Assembly (NCBI GenBank): GCA_030765235.1
Contig: JAVCCW010000029.1
Location: 140,939 to 204,938 of the forward strand
From: Candidatus Gorgyraea atricola
GTDB lineage: Bacteria; Omnitrophota; Gorgyraeia; Gorgyraeales; Gorgyraeaceae
Length of the DNA stretch: 64,000 nt
Reading direction: 5' to 3'
Made by a program: the position numbers and the translations under genes. The notes under the pieces were generated by a model that was not told the origin of the DNA, did not search any database, and saw only the letters and a program-made list of their open reading frames with translations. Below are positions 30,133-40,592 of the stretch, in pieces. Within the stretch, counting starts at the first letter, position 1, and each line of letters begins with the position of its first letter.

Positions 30133-30782
30133 CTATGAAGAAAAAGAGCAAATTAAACCATATTGTGTCAGAGTTATTAGAACATCTGCCGTATTCTGTC
30201 TTTGGTGTTACTGTAGGGATAATTATCCTGGGGCTTCTGACATTTGTCGCGATAAGTTTAAATACGAAACACCTGCTGCCAAATGCGGCAGAAGAACTTT
30301 TTCATGTATTTCACCCGATTCACATCCTTTTAAGCGCTATTGTAACAACAGCAATGTTTTGGAAGCATGAGAGGCGTTTTTTAAAGGCGTTTCTGGTAGG
30401 CCTTATTGGTTCTATTGTCATCTGTGGTGTCAGCGATATATTGCTTCCGTATCTTGGCGGTAAGCTGTTTGGCCGCCAGATGTTTCTGCACCTTTGCATT
30501 TTAGAACACCCGGGCATTATCATCCCTTTTGCTTTTATAGGGGTACTCTTTGGTTTTCTCGTGCCTTCCACGATCGAGAAGAGCACAGAGTTTTCCCACT
30601 CGATGCACGTCCTTGTAAGCAGCATGGCATCTATCCTTTATCTCATTTCATTCGGCATTACAGACTGGATCCATATGATAGGCGGGATCTTTTTAATAAC
30701 CATAGTCGCTGTAATGCTGCCCTGTTGTCTAAGTGATATTGTATTCCCATTGAGCTTCGTAGACACTAAAGGAGGCAATTAA
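30129..30782 (+). CDS. His/Cys-rich polytopic membrane protein
   Basis: About 6 TM segments; HVFHPIH, HSMH, PCCLSD. Confidence 0.8.
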   Translation: MTMKKKSKLNHIVSELLEHLPYSVFGVTVGIIILGLLTFVAISLNTKHLLPNAAEELFHVFHPIHILLSAIVTTAMFWKHERRFLKAFLVGLIGSIVICGVSDILLPYLGGKLFGRQMFLHLCILEHPGIIIPFAFIGVLFGFLVPSTIEKSTEFSHSMHVLVSSMASILYLISFGITDWIHMIGGIFLITIVAVMLPCCLSDIVFPLSFVDTKGGN

Positions 30783-32251
30783 TGCAACAGTCGACTCACC
30801 ATGTGACGGCCCGCGAAGATCGCATTTCTATTTTTCAAAAAGTCATATACAGTATAGGAGGCCTCGTTAATAATATTCAGGCCGCCGCCCTTGGATCCAT
30901 GGTCATTGTTTTGAACCTCGGATTAGGCTTGAATCCCGCTTTAGTCGGTCTTATCGGGGCCATTCCCCGTCTTGTCGATGCCATATCAGATCCTCTTATT
31001 GGTTACAGTTCAGATAATACCAGAACCCGCTATGGACGCCGCAGGCCTTTTATATTCTTTGGGGCTCTTTCTGCGGGACTTTTATTCGCAGCGATGTTCC
31101 AGCTATATAAGGGACATAGCGACAATTTCTATTTCTGGTATTTCTTAGGGTTCCAGATCCTGTTTTTCATCGGATTTACCTGTTATTCGATTCCCTGGAT
31201 CGCGCTAGGGTATGAAATGACACCCGATTATCATGAGCGGACACGACTGCAGGGGGCCAGCAACTTTATCGCTCAATTTGCCTGGGTGATCGCTCCCTGG
31301 TTTTTCAAGATCATGAGCAACAAGAATATGTTTACAGATATTGTCCATGGAGCACGGACCCTCGGATTTATCATCGGTGGTTTTATCATAGTTGGTGGCA
31401 TACTTCCGGCTATTTTCAACAAAGAGCGATTCGGCAACTTAGCGAAACCTGAAAAAGGCAAGGGTCTTCTGAATAAACTGAAAGATTTCTTCAAAGGTTT
31501 CGCGATTACTTTGAAATGTCGTCCATTTGTCAAACTTTGCGCAGCGACATTCTTGATCTTCAACGGATTCATGCTCGCTTCCGCCTTCTCAGCCTATGTT
31601 ATTTTCTTCTACGTTTATGGCGGCGATTATTCAAAAGGCGGGACATTGCTCGGTTGGTTTGGATCGATCAGTTCCGTTTGTACTTTTTGCGTCATCTTCT
31701 TGACCACATGGATCTCCACAAAGATCGGAAAGCGAAAGACCTTTTTAATCACCATTTCCCTTTCGATCATCGGTTACGCTTTGAAATGGATAGGGTATAA
31801 TCCAGATCAGCCATATTTACTGCTGATCGCTGCTCCATTCATAGCGTTTGGCCTGGGATCTCTCTTCACGCTGACCGGTTCCATGGTAGCTGATGTTTGT
31901 GACCTTGACGAACTCCAGACCGGCACACGCAGAGAAGGTATGTTTAGCGCTATTTACTGGTGGATGGTAAAACTAGGATTAGCAGTTGCATCGCTTCTTT
32001 CCGGAATCCTCCTCAACGCGACTGGTTTCGATGTTGCGTTAGGCGCTAACCAAACAGTCAAAACTTTATTGTGGATGAGGATCTGTGATATCGGCATTCC
32101 GATTATAGCCTCTATTGCTGCTATTTTTATTATTATGACCTTTAAGATCTCAGAAGCTAAGGCATATGACATTCGTGAACAGGTCGAAAGACGAAGAAAA
32201 GAAAGACGAGGAGAACAAAGACGAGGAGAAGAAAGACGAAGAGAAGCGTAA
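30782..32251 (+). CDS. MFS/GPH (MelB-like) sugar:cation symporter
   Basis: DAISDPLIG, TRTRYGRRRPF, ERTRL, D.CD.DELQTGTRREG. Confidence 0.9.
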   Translation: MQQSTHHVTAREDRISIFQKVIYSIGGLVNNIQAAALGSMVIVLNLGLGLNPALVGLIGAIPRLVDAISDPLIGYSSDNTRTRYGRRRPFIFFGALSAGLLFAAMFQLYKGHSDNFYFWYFLGFQILFFIGFTCYSIPWIALGYEMTPDYHERTRLQGASNFIAQFAWVIAPWFFKIMSNKNMFTDIVHGARTLGFIIGGFIIVGGILPAIFNKERFGNLAKPEKGKGLLNKLKDFFKGFAITLKCRPFVKLCAATFLIFNGFMLASAFSAYVIFFYVYGGDYSKGGTLLGWFGSISSVCTFCVIFLTTWISTKIGKRKTFLITISLSIIGYALKWIGYNPDQPYLLLIAAPFIAFGLGSLFTLTGSMVADVCDLDELQTGTRREGMFSAIYWWMVKLGLAVASLLSGILLNATGFDVALGANQTVKTLLWMRICDIGIPIIASIAAIFIIMTFKISEAKAYDIREQVERRRKERRGEQRRGEERRREA

Positions 32252-32284
32252 TATAGACAGCTTGTGCCGTTTAAAACCTCGTAC

Positions 32285-32361
32285 CAAGGGACAAGTGACA
32301 AGCAACAAGGGACAAGGAGTATCTAAGCCCCCTTGTCTCTTGTCCCCTGTCCCTTGTCACT
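32285..32361. repeat. Inverted heptamer arrays (GGGACAA)n / (TTGTCCC)n
   Basis: Read directly. Confidence 0.8.
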
Positions 32362-32526
32362 AAAGTATCAACATCGTATAGCCATATCCTGCTATAATAT
32401 TCCATTATGACCAAGAAAAGAATCTGCATCCGCACTTTTGGCTGTCACTTCGACTCGCTTCTCGCACTTTGTGCTCGGCGCTCGCTCAGGATTAACCAAA
32501 AGCTTCGAAGAAAGGAATAAGCCTTT

Positions 32527-33687
32527 ATGAATAAAAAATTCTATCTTCGAACTTTTGGTTGTCAGATGAATGAGCATGATTCTGGGAGGGTAAGGGATTT
32601 GCTTTTGCAGGAGGGGTATTTTCTTAGCAAAGATCTGGAAGAGGCAGATGTCTTACTTTTCAATACATGCAGTGTTCGTAAGCATGCTGAGGATAGGGTG
32701 TTTGGGAGAGTGGGTTCTCTTGAAAAGCGGCCTGGTGTGGTTTTTGGAATCATAGGCTGCATGGCAGAGGCGCAAAAGGATTTGATATTTAGAAAACTTC
32801 CGCATGTGGATTTTATATGCGGGCCAGCTGATTTAGATAGGATCCCAGGGATTATAAAGAGGGTAAGATCTGGTGCTGGACATATTATTTGTATCGGAGG
32901 CCATAGCGCTAAAAAGATCCCGGATTTTCCTAAGGAAAGAGGCGTGGGTAAAAATGCGCATGTTAAGATAATGGAAGGTTGCGCTAATTTTTGCTCATAC
33001 TGTATTGTCCCTTATGTAAGAGGCCCTGAGAGAAGCAGGCCTTCAGTGGAAATTTTAGAAGAGATAGAGGGGCTTGCAGGTAAAGGTGTTGAGAAGATCA
33101 CTCTCCTGGGGCAAAATGTCAATTCTTACGGAAGAGGGTTAAAGGAGAAGATTAGTTTTTCAGGACTTTTGAGAAAGATAGACGAGCTTGCTAACAGGAA
33201 TAGTAGGCCAGGTTTAAACCCGGCCTACAGTTGCAAGTCAAAGAGCAGCATAAGGATAGATTTTATGACTTCTCATCCTAAAGACGCGGGAATAGATCTA
33301 TTTAAGGCAATGGCAGAGACTGAGTCTCTTTCAAAACAGCTGCACCTGCCTTTACAGTCTGGGTCGAACAAGATCCTGAAGAGAATGAACAGGGGTTACA
33401 CTGTTGAGCGATACAAGAAGCTCATAAAGGATTTTAGACGAATAGTTAAAGATGGAAAGATTGCCTCGGATTTCATAGTAGGTTTTCCAGGAGAGACAAG
33501 AAAGGATTTTAATGATACGCTAAAGGCAATCAAAGAGATCCGCTTCTGCAATGCTTATATATTTAAATATTCGCCAAGGCCTTTTACAAAGGCCGGAAAG
33601 TTCAAGGATAATGTCTTAAAAGAGGAAAAAGAAAGACGTCACGCCTTGCTTTTGGAGACACAAAAGAAGATTTCATTATGCAGGTAA
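32527..33687 (+). CDS. miaB: tRNA methylthiotransferase MiaB (no TRAM domain)
   Basis: FGCQMN, NTCSVR, CANFCSYC, LGQNVNSY, HLPLQSG; adjacent to miaA. Confidence 0.9.
   Translation: MNKKFYLRTFGCQMNEHDSGRVRDLLLQEGYFLSKDLEEADVLLFNTCSVRKHAEDRVFGRVGSLEKRPGVVFGIIGCMAEAQKDLIFRKLPHVDFICGPADLDRIPGIIKRVRSGAGHIICIGGHSAKKIPDFPKERGVGKNAHVKIMEGCANFCSYCIVPYVRGPERSRPSVEILEEIEGLAGKGVEKITLLGQNVNSYGRGLKEKISFSGLLRKIDELANRNSRPGLNPAYSCKSKSSIRIDFMTSHPKDAGIDLFKAMAETESLSKQLHLPLQSGSNKILKRMNRGYTVERYKKLIKDFRRIVKDGKIASDFIVGFPGETRKDFNDTLKAIKEIRFCNAYIFKYSPRPFTKAGKFKDNVLKEEKERRHALLLETQKKISLCR
33203..33228. repeat. GTAG-REP palindrome inside miaB
   Basis: GTAGGCCAGGTTTAAACCCGGCCTAC. Confidence 0.85.
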
Positions 33688-34532
33688 TATTTTTAGTAGG
33701 ACCTACCGCATCAGGTAAGACCAAGGTTTCCCTTAAATTAGCCAAAAAGCTCAACGCAGAGATAGTGTCCTGTGATTCCATGTGCGTATATAAAGGTATG
33801 GATATTCTTACTTCTAAGCCGAGTAAGAGCGACAGGCGAAAGGTAAAACATCATCTAATAGATATCATCCCTCCTACTAAAGAATTTAGCGTGTCTGAAT
33901 ATAGAAGATTGGCGATTGCTGCAATAGAAGATATATTTAAGCGCGGCAAGACTCCATTGTTTGTAGGAGGCAGTGGTTTATATGTTAAGGCTATGGTCGA
34001 CGGGTTATTTACTTCAGCAGGAAAGGACGAGAAATTTAGAAAGGCTCAGTATGTCCTGGCAGGGAAATATGGCAATAAGTATCTTTACAATAAGCTAAAA
34101 AAGGTAGATTCAGAGAGGGCTAAGAAGATACACCTGAATGACCTGAGAAGGATAGTAAGGGCGCTGGAGATCTATCGCACTGAGAAGAGGCGGCCATCTG
34201 AATTATTGAAGAAGAGAGAAGCGCTGGGTTATTCTTTTAAGATCTTTGGTATAGACAGGCCCCGTGAAGAACTCTATAAAAATATAGACGAACGGGTAGA
34301 AGATATGTTCAGGCAGGGCATAGTAAAAGAGGTAAGAAATCTATCTCGCAGGAAATTGAGCCTTACGGCAAAAAAGGCTTTAGGGTATAATGAGGTAATG
34401 GGGTATATTAAAGGAGATCTTTCACTTGGCCAAGCAAAGGAGCTTTTAAAGAAGAACACAAGGCATTTTGCCAAGCGCCAACTAACCTGGTTCCGTCCAG
34501 ACAAGCGCATCCAATGGAAAAGGCTATACTAG
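33678..34532 (+). CDS. miaA: tRNA dimethylallyltransferase
   Basis: GPTASGKT, DSMCVYKGMDI, VGGSGLY, AKRQLTWF. Confidence 0.96.
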   Translation: MQVIFLVGPTASGKTKVSLKLAKKLNAEIVSCDSMCVYKGMDILTSKPSKSDRRKVKHHLIDIIPPTKEFSVSEYRRLAIAAIEDIFKRGKTPLFVGGSGLYVKAMVDGLFTSAGKDEKFRKAQYVLAGKYGNKYLYNKLKKVDSERAKKIHLNDLRRIVRALEIYRTEKRRPSELLKKREALGYSFKIFGIDRPREELYKNIDERVEDMFRQGIVKEVRNLSRRKLSLTAKKALGYNEVMGYIKGDLSLGQAKELLKKNTRHFAKRQLTWFRPDKRIQWKRLY

Positions 34533-35749
34533 TAACAGTTGATTTGAAGAAAGAAAAAGGGTGGTCGGCAGAGGATCGCGCTAACGAGCTCAAAGAGCTT
34601 GCGTGTTCGAGTGGCGCGTCTATAGAGGCAGAGATCGTATGTCATAGAGAGAGGCCCACGCCTGATCTATTTATTGGCAAAGGTAAGTTCGAAGAAATAG
34701 CTTTGCTTTCAAAGAAGAAGAGCGCGAAATCAGTTATTTTTAATAATGACCTTACGCCTACGCAGCTCAGGAATTTAGAAAAAGGGCTTGATGGCATCAA
34801 AGTCATTGACAGGACCCAGCTCATACTTGACATATTTTCCCAGCATGCAAGGAGCATGGAGGGCAAGGTCCAGGTAGAGCTGGCACAGTTACAATATTTA
34901 TTGCCAAGGCTTACTGGCAAGGGCATTGAGCTTTCAAGGCTTGGCGGTGGTATTGGTACGCGCGGCCCAGGAGAAAAAATACTTGAGCATGACAGGCGAA
35001 GGATCGGGGATCGCATTGCAAGGCTAAAGAAAGAATTAAAGGACTTAGAGAAAAGGCGTCATGCCTTACGGAAAAGGCGCAAGGACGCTATGCTTGCCAC
35101 TGTTTCAATCGTGGGCTATACCAACGCAGGCAAGACCACTCTTTTAAACCACCTCACCAACTCCAGAAAATTAACTGCTGACAAACTTTTTAGCACACTT
35201 GATCCTATAGCAAGGAGTTATGTGCTTCCGAATAACCTGAAGATCCTGTTTAGTGATACAGTAGGGTTTTTGTATAAACTTCCGCATCATCTTATAGAGT
35301 CGTTCAAGGCTACGCTGGAAGAGGTCAAGGAGGCAGATCTACTGATACACGTGCTTGACTGTTCGAATCCTCGCGTTCAAGAGCTGAATGAGGCAGTGTA
35401 TAGTGTATTAAAGGAGTTAGGAGCAGAAGGCAAGACTATAATCAATGTGCTCAACAAGGTCGATCTGGTAGAGAATGGGTATCATTTGGACCGCATTAAA
35501 AGTAAATTCAGAGACCCAGTATTAGTTTCTGCATTACGTGGGCATGGCATAGAGGATCTCATAAGCGAAATTTCAAATCTCTTGTCAAACCTTGTCACAA
35601 AGGTAAAAATCGAGATCCCGAACAATAGGATGGACAAGGTGAATTTGATCTACGAACACGGCAAGGTCCATAAAAGAGAGGACAGGCCTACCTCGGTTTA
35701 TATAGAAGCCATAATACCTTTAAGACTAAAGAATCAGCTCAAATTTTAG
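34514..35749 (+). CDS. hflX: GTPase HflX
   Basis: GIGTRGPGE, GYTNAGKT, DTVGF, NKVD. Confidence 0.96.
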   Translation: MEKAILVTVDLKKEKGWSAEDRANELKELACSSGASIEAEIVCHRERPTPDLFIGKGKFEEIALLSKKKSAKSVIFNNDLTPTQLRNLEKGLDGIKVIDRTQLILDIFSQHARSMEGKVQVELAQLQYLLPRLTGKGIELSRLGGGIGTRGPGEKILEHDRRRIGDRIARLKKELKDLEKRRHALRKRRKDAMLATVSIVGYTNAGKTTLLNHLTNSRKLTADKLFSTLDPIARSYVLPNNLKILFSDTVGFLYKLPHHLIESFKATLEEVKEADLLIHVLDCSNPRVQELNEAVYSVLKELGAEGKTIINVLNKVDLVENGYHLDRIKSKFRDPVLVSALRGHGIEDLISEISNLLSNLVTKVKIEIPNNRMDKVNLIYEHGKVHKREDRPTSVYIEAIIPLRLKNQLKF

Positions 35750-35784
35750 AATAAGATCCTTCGTCCGCCTGCGGCAGACTCAGG

Positions 35785-35826
35785 ATCAATAAAAATCTGC
35801 TAAAAATTTAGCAGATTTTTATTGAC
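35785..35826. terminator. AT-rich hairpin after hflX (possible terminator) overlapping the hrcA -35 box
   Basis: TCAATAAAAATCTGCTAAA-a-a-TTTAGCAGATTTTTATTGA. Confidence 0.45.
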
Positions 35827-35828
35827 AG

Positions 35829-35855
35829 GTAGCACTCTGGGTGTTAGAGTGCTAA
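35829..35855 (+). promoter_or_regulatory. CIRCE element (HrcA operator)
   Basis: gTAGCACTC-N9-GAGTGCTAA just after TTGACA (35822), upstream of hrcA. Confidence 0.93.
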
Positions 35856-35923
35856 TCTGCTTCGCCGAGTAGCTTGCGTGCTTGGCTTCGCAGAATTTAA
35901 GGAGAGCAGTTTTCTGTCTCTTG

Positions 35924-35949
35924 GTAGGCCAGGTTTAAACCTGGCCTAC
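35924..35949. repeat. GTAG-REP palindrome in the hrcA leader
   Basis: GTAGGCCAGGTTTAAACCTGGCCTAC (perfect). Confidence 0.85.
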
Positions 35950-36014
35950 TATCGAAGATAGCAACAGTAAGAGCCGTGTTCGTAAGGGCGTAGGAATCTA
36001 CGGGATGCAGTAAT

Positions 36015-37055
36015 ATGAAACATGTGGATATCGAACAAAGACAGAAGAAGGTGCTCTCGGCTATAGTGGAGTCGTACATTGACGGTGCCGCGCCTGTTGG
36101 GTCGCGTGCTGTGTCGCAGAGATTCCGCTGGTCTATGAGCCCCGCGACTATACGCAATGTAATGGCTGATCTGGAAGAGGCAGGCCTTATCACACACCCG
36201 CATACCTCTGCTGGAAGGGTACCTACTGACAAAGGTTATAGATTTTATGTGAATTCTCTCCTGGAGCCAAAACATCTGACAAAGGAAGAAGAATCTATAA
36301 TAGTTAGGATGCTCAATAGAAAGAGCGAGGATTTTGAGTCATTGATGCAAAATGCCTCAAGGGCGATCAGTATGATAACGAATGAGGCAGGCATAGTGCT
36401 CACGCCCAGGCTCAAGAAGAGTATTTTCAAGAGGATCGAATTTATTCCTGTAGATTCCTCGCGAGCCCTGACAATACTTATTACCAGATCCGGCATTGTA
36501 AAGAATGCAGTTCTGGATATGGAAGAAGGCCTTACCAAATCAGAGCTTTTCAGGATATCAGAATTTTTAAATCAGGAATTAGAGGGTATGTTTCTGGGCG
36601 AGATCAGGAATCATCTTACACGCAGGCTGCTTGAGGAAAGAGATTCTTTTTATACATTTTTAAAAAAGGCAGTCAGCATGCTTTCAAATCCAAATTTTTT
36701 CAAGATGGAAGAGCGGCTCTATTTTGAGGGCACGAGCGGCCTCATGTCGCATCCTGAGTTCGAGGACATAAAAAAGGCAAGGGTATTTTTGAAACTCTTT
36801 GAAGATAAAACAGATCTGGTGGATCTATTCAATGAGGATATGGAGAGCGACGGTATCAAGGTGCATATCGGCAAGGAAAATAACTGCAAGCATATACAGG
36901 ATTGCACCATAGTGACCTGTAACTACCAGATAAATGGCAGGACAATAGGCGCACTGGGCGCGATCGGACCTACCAGGATGGAATACGGCAAGGTCATATC
37001 TGCTGTGGATTATCTTTCAAAGGTATTGGGAAGGGTGTTGGAAGATCTTGGCTAA
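36015..37055 (+). CDS. hrcA: Heat-inducible transcription repressor
   Basis: PVGS, SPATIRNVMADLE, PHTSAGRVPT, IGPTRMEY. Confidence 0.96.
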   Translation: MKHVDIEQRQKKVLSAIVESYIDGAAPVGSRAVSQRFRWSMSPATIRNVMADLEEAGLITHPHTSAGRVPTDKGYRFYVNSLLEPKHLTKEEESIIVRMLNRKSEDFESLMQNASRAISMITNEAGIVLTPRLKKSIFKRIEFIPVDSSRALTILITRSGIVKNAVLDMEEGLTKSELFRISEFLNQELEGMFLGEIRNHLTRRLLEERDSFYTFLKKAVSMLSNPNFFKMEERLYFEGTSGLMSHPEFEDIKKARVFLKLFEDKTDLVDLFNEDMESDGIKVHIGKENNCKHIQDCTIVTCNYQINGRTIGALGAIGPTRMEYGKVISAVDYLSKVLGRVLEDLG

Positions 37056-37548
37056 GAATATACTTTTAAATTCTAAGGAATACAAGTCTTTAAAGGAAAA
37101 GGCAGAGAAGGTAGAGGAGTGCCTTGACAGGCTTTTAAGGCTGCAGGCGGATTTTGACAATTATAAAAAGCGACTAGATAAAGACAGGATAGAATTTATC
37201 AAATTCGCTAATGAAGAGATAGTCGTAGACATATTGAAAATAGTGGATGACTTTGAGCGCGCGGTAAAGGCAGGTAAATCCAAACACGACTTTGATGTTC
37301 TATATAAAGGTATTGAGATGATACACAAGGATATGAAGGAATTTTTAAAAAATAACGGTGTAACAGAGATAGACGCAAAAGGTAAACCATTTAATCCTCA
37401 TGAGCATGAGGCAATGATGCAGGAAGAGACAGACGAACATCCTGAGGACCATGTTAGCGAGGAGTTTCAAAAAGGATACATGTTGAATGGCCGGATTATT
37501 CGACCGGCGAAGGTAAAGGTTTCTAAAAAACCAAACAAGGAGGTTTAA
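37048..37548 (+). CDS. grpE: Nucleotide exchange factor GrpE
   Basis: [33 protein letters not shown]. Confidence 0.95.
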   Translation: MAKNILLNSKEYKSLKEKAEKVEECLDRLLRLQADFDNYKKRLDKDRIEFIKFANEEIVVDILKIVDDFERAVKAGKSKHDFDVLYKGIEMIHKDMKEFLKNNGVTEIDAKGKPFNPHEHEAMMQEETDEHPEDHVSEEFQKGYMLNGRIIRPAKVKVSKKPNKEV

Positions 37549-37549
37549 A

Positions 37550-39439
37550 ATGAGTAAAGTTATTGGAATCGATCTAGGTACATCTAATTCAGCAGCGGCA
37601 GTTATGGAAGGGGGCCGGCCTGCGATAATACCCAGCGCGGAAGGCGCGGGTGTTGCGAGCGGCAAGGCATTTCCGTCATTTGTGGCATTTACAAAGGATG
37701 GACAGAAACTTGTTGGTGAGCCAGCAAGGCGCCAGGCTGCTGTAAACGCAGAAGGCACTATCTACGCGGCAAAGAGAAAGATGGGTACTGACCACAAATT
37801 CAAGATCTACGGCAAGGAGTATACGCCGCAGGAGATCTCAGCATTTATATTGCAGAAGGTAAAGCAGGATGCTGAGGCGTATCTTGGGGATAAGGTAGAA
37901 GAAGTAGTCATTACCTGTCCTGCTTATTTTAATGATAATCAGCGCCAGGCAACAAAGGATGCGGGCGAGATAGCGGGCTTAAAGGTCCTGAGGATAATCA
38001 ACGAGCCTACTGCCGCGTGCCTTGCATATGGCCTGGACAAGGTCGGCAAAGAGATGAAGATAATGGTGTTTGACTTTGGCGGCGGCACGCTTGACGTCAC
38101 TATTATGGATATGTGGTATGACAAAGAGCATAGTGCCAGCGGATTTGAAGTAAAATCCACAAATGGCGACACACATCTTGGCGGAACAGACATGGATAAT
38201 GTATTGATAGATCATATTGCAAATCAATTTAAAAAAGAGACAGGTATAGATCTGAAGAGCGACAAAATGGCAACGCAGCGTTTAAGAGAAGCAGCTGAAA
38301 AGGCAAAGGTCGAACTCTCAAGCACAGTTACAACAGACATAAACCTACCTTTTATTACAGCAGATAGCAGTGGGCCAAAGCACTTGACCATGGCTATAAA
38401 CAGGGCAAAGTTAGAGGAATTGGTCGGCCCCATAGTGGATCGCTGCAGCGAGCCTGTTGACAATGCGCTTAAGGACTCAGGACTTACACCTAATGACATA
38501 GACAAGATCATTATGGTGGGCGGCCCTACCAGGATGCCTATTGTGCAGAAGTTTTTAGAAGAGCATGTTGGCAAAAAGATAGAACGCGGCATAGATCCGA
38601 TGGAGTGCGTTGCGCTGGGCGCGGCAACTCAGGCTGCTATTATAAAGGGTGACGCAAAGGAAGTCTTGCTTTTGGATGTCACGCCGCTTTCTCTGGGTAT
38701 AGAGACGTTAGGAAGTGTTTGTACGAAACTTATTGAGCGCAACACTACAATACCTACGAAAAAGAGCCAGGTATTTTCAACAGCTGCAGACAATCAGCCG
38801 GCAGTTACAGTGAGGGTCTTGCAGGGCGAGCGCCAGATGGCAAATGACAATACTGAGCTTGGTAGATTTGATCTCGTAGGCATACCGCCAGCGCCTCGCG
38901 GCATACCGCAGATAGAAGTCACATTTGATATCGACAGGGATGGCATCGTGCATGTGGGCGCAAAGGATCTTGGTACAGGCAAGGAACAGACGATCAAGAT
39001 AACAGCCCCTAGGAAGCTCTCAAAAGAAGAGATAGAAAAGATGGTCAAGGACGCGGAGAAATTTTCCGAAGAGGATAAGAAAAAGAAAGAAGAGGTAGAG
39101 GTAAAGAATCAGGCAGACACCCTGGTGTATTCTGTTGAAAAATCTTTAAAGGATTTTGGAGACAAGGTCACACAGGATGAAAAATTAAAGATAGAACAGG
39201 GCCTGAATGATTTGAAAGAGGCAATAAAAGGTAATGATATTGAAAAGATCAAGAAAGGCATGGAGGAGCTGTCCAAGGCAGCGCATAAGTTAGCTGAAGA
39301 AGTGTATAAGGCAGCTCAGGCAAAACAGGCCCAGGCGCAGTCAGGAACTGCTGGCCCACAGCCAGACGCGGCTAAGCCTGAAGAGCCAAAGAAAAAAGAA
39401 GGCGACGACGTTATTGATGCGGAGTTTAAAGAGAAATAA
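37550..39439 (+). CDS. dnaK: Chaperone DnaK
   Basis: [38 protein letters not shown]. Confidence 0.97.
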   Translation: MSKVIGIDLGTSNSAAAVMEGGRPAIIPSAEGAGVASGKAFPSFVAFTKDGQKLVGEPARRQAAVNAEGTIYAAKRKMGTDHKFKIYGKEYTPQEISAFILQKVKQDAEAYLGDKVEEVVITCPAYFNDNQRQATKDAGEIAGLKVLRIINEPTAACLAYGLDKVGKEMKIMVFDFGGGTLDVTIMDMWYDKEHSASGFEVKSTNGDTHLGGTDMDNVLIDHIANQFKKETGIDLKSDKMATQRLREAAEKAKVELSSTVTTDINLPFITADSSGPKHLTMAINRAKLEELVGPIVDRCSEPVDNALKDSGLTPNDIDKIIMVGGPTRMPIVQKFLEEHVGKKIERGIDPMECVALGAATQAAIIKGDAKEVLLLDVTPLSLGIETLGSVCTKLIERNTTIPTKKSQVFSTAADNQPAVTVRVLQGERQMANDNTELGRFDLVGIPPAPRGIPQIEVTFDIDRDGIVHVGAKDLGTGKEQTIKITAPRKLSKEEIEKMVKDAEKFSEEDKKKKEEVEVKNQADTLVYSVEKSLKDFGDKVTQDEKLKIEQGLNDLKEAIKGNDIEKIKKGMEELSKAAHKLAEEVYKAAQAKQAQAQSGTAGPQPDAAKPEEPKKKEGDDVIDAEFKEK

Positions 39440-40590
39440 TGACGACTAAAAGAGACTACTACGAGATATTGGGTGTACAAAAAGGCGCGAGTGTGGATGA
39501 GATAAAGCGCGCGTACAGGGGCCTTGCGCTTAAACATCATCCTGATAGAGTGTCTCCAGATAAAAAGAAAGAGGCAGAGGATAGGTTTAAGGAGATCTCA
39601 GAGGCCTATGCTGTGCTTTCTGATCCTCAGAAAAAGAGCCAGTATGACCAGTTTGGCCACGCTGGAATAGATTCTCGTTATAGCGCGGAGGATATTTTTG
39701 GAGGAGCTGATTTTAGCAGTATCTTTGAGGACATGGGTTTTGGCGGCGGCCTTGGAGATATGCTTAGCGGTATATTCGGTGGTGGTTTTTCTTCCAGAAG
39801 AAGAGGCGGGCCCATGGCTGGCAGGGATCTGGAATATGAGATCGAGATCTCTTTTGAAGATGCCGCGTTTGGAATAAAAAAGACAATAAATATACCACGT
39901 TACGAGACATGCGAGACATGTAAAGGCGATGGCGCAAGACCTGGCACTAAGAGGACCAGCTGTTCAAATTGCGGAGGCAAAGGTCAGATCCTGCAGTCAG
40001 CAGGCTTTTTCAGTATCAGGCAGACGTGTCCCAGGTGCAGGGGCGAAGGCATGATCATAAAAAGTCCATGCGTGAAGTGCGCTGGCAGTGGAAAGACCAG
40101 GATCGCCAAGAAGCTCGAGGTGAGCATACCTGCTGGAGTTGATACTGGTTCGCGGCTGCGTATCCAGTCCGAGGGCGAAGCAGGTTCAAAAGGCGGACCA
40201 AGGGGCGACTTGTATATTTATGTACATGTAAAAGATCATGCTATATTTGAAAGACATGGTTATGATATAATATGCGATGTGCCAATAGACTTTCCTACAG
40301 CTGCCCTGGGGGGAGAAGTAGAGATCCCGACCTTAAATGGAAAGGTATCAATGAAGATCCCTGATGGTACGCAGAGCGGAAAGGTCTTCAGGCTCCAGTC
40401 TAAAGGCGTGAAAAGACTAAGGGGTCACGGACACGGGGATGAGCTCGTGAGGATCATTATCGAGACACCGACGCGCCTAAATTCCCAGCAGAAACGCGCA
40501 TTAAAAGAATTCGCAAAATCCTGTGACGAGAAAGTCAATCCGCTTTCAAAGTCATTTATGGATAAAGCTAAAAAGATATTCGGGAGATAA
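39439..40590 (+). CDS. dnaJ: Chaperone DnaJ
   Basis: HPD J-domain, four CxxCxGxG repeats. Confidence 0.97.
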   Translation: MTTKRDYYEILGVQKGASVDEIKRAYRGLALKHHPDRVSPDKKKEAEDRFKEISEAYAVLSDPQKKSQYDQFGHAGIDSRYSAEDIFGGADFSSIFEDMGFGGGLGDMLSGIFGGGFSSRRRGGPMAGRDLEYEIEISFEDAAFGIKKTINIPRYETCETCKGDGARPGTKRTSCSNCGGKGQILQSAGFFSIRQTCPRCRGEGMIIKSPCVKCAGSGKTRIAKKLEVSIPAGVDTGSRLRIQSEGEAGSKGGPRGDLYIYVHVKDHAIFERHGYDIICDVPIDFPTAALGGEVEIPTLNGKVSMKIPDGTQSGKVFRLQSKGVKRLRGHGHGDELVRIIIETPTRLNSQQKRALKEFAKSCDEKVNPLSKSFMDKAKKIFGR

Positions 40591-40592
40591 TA

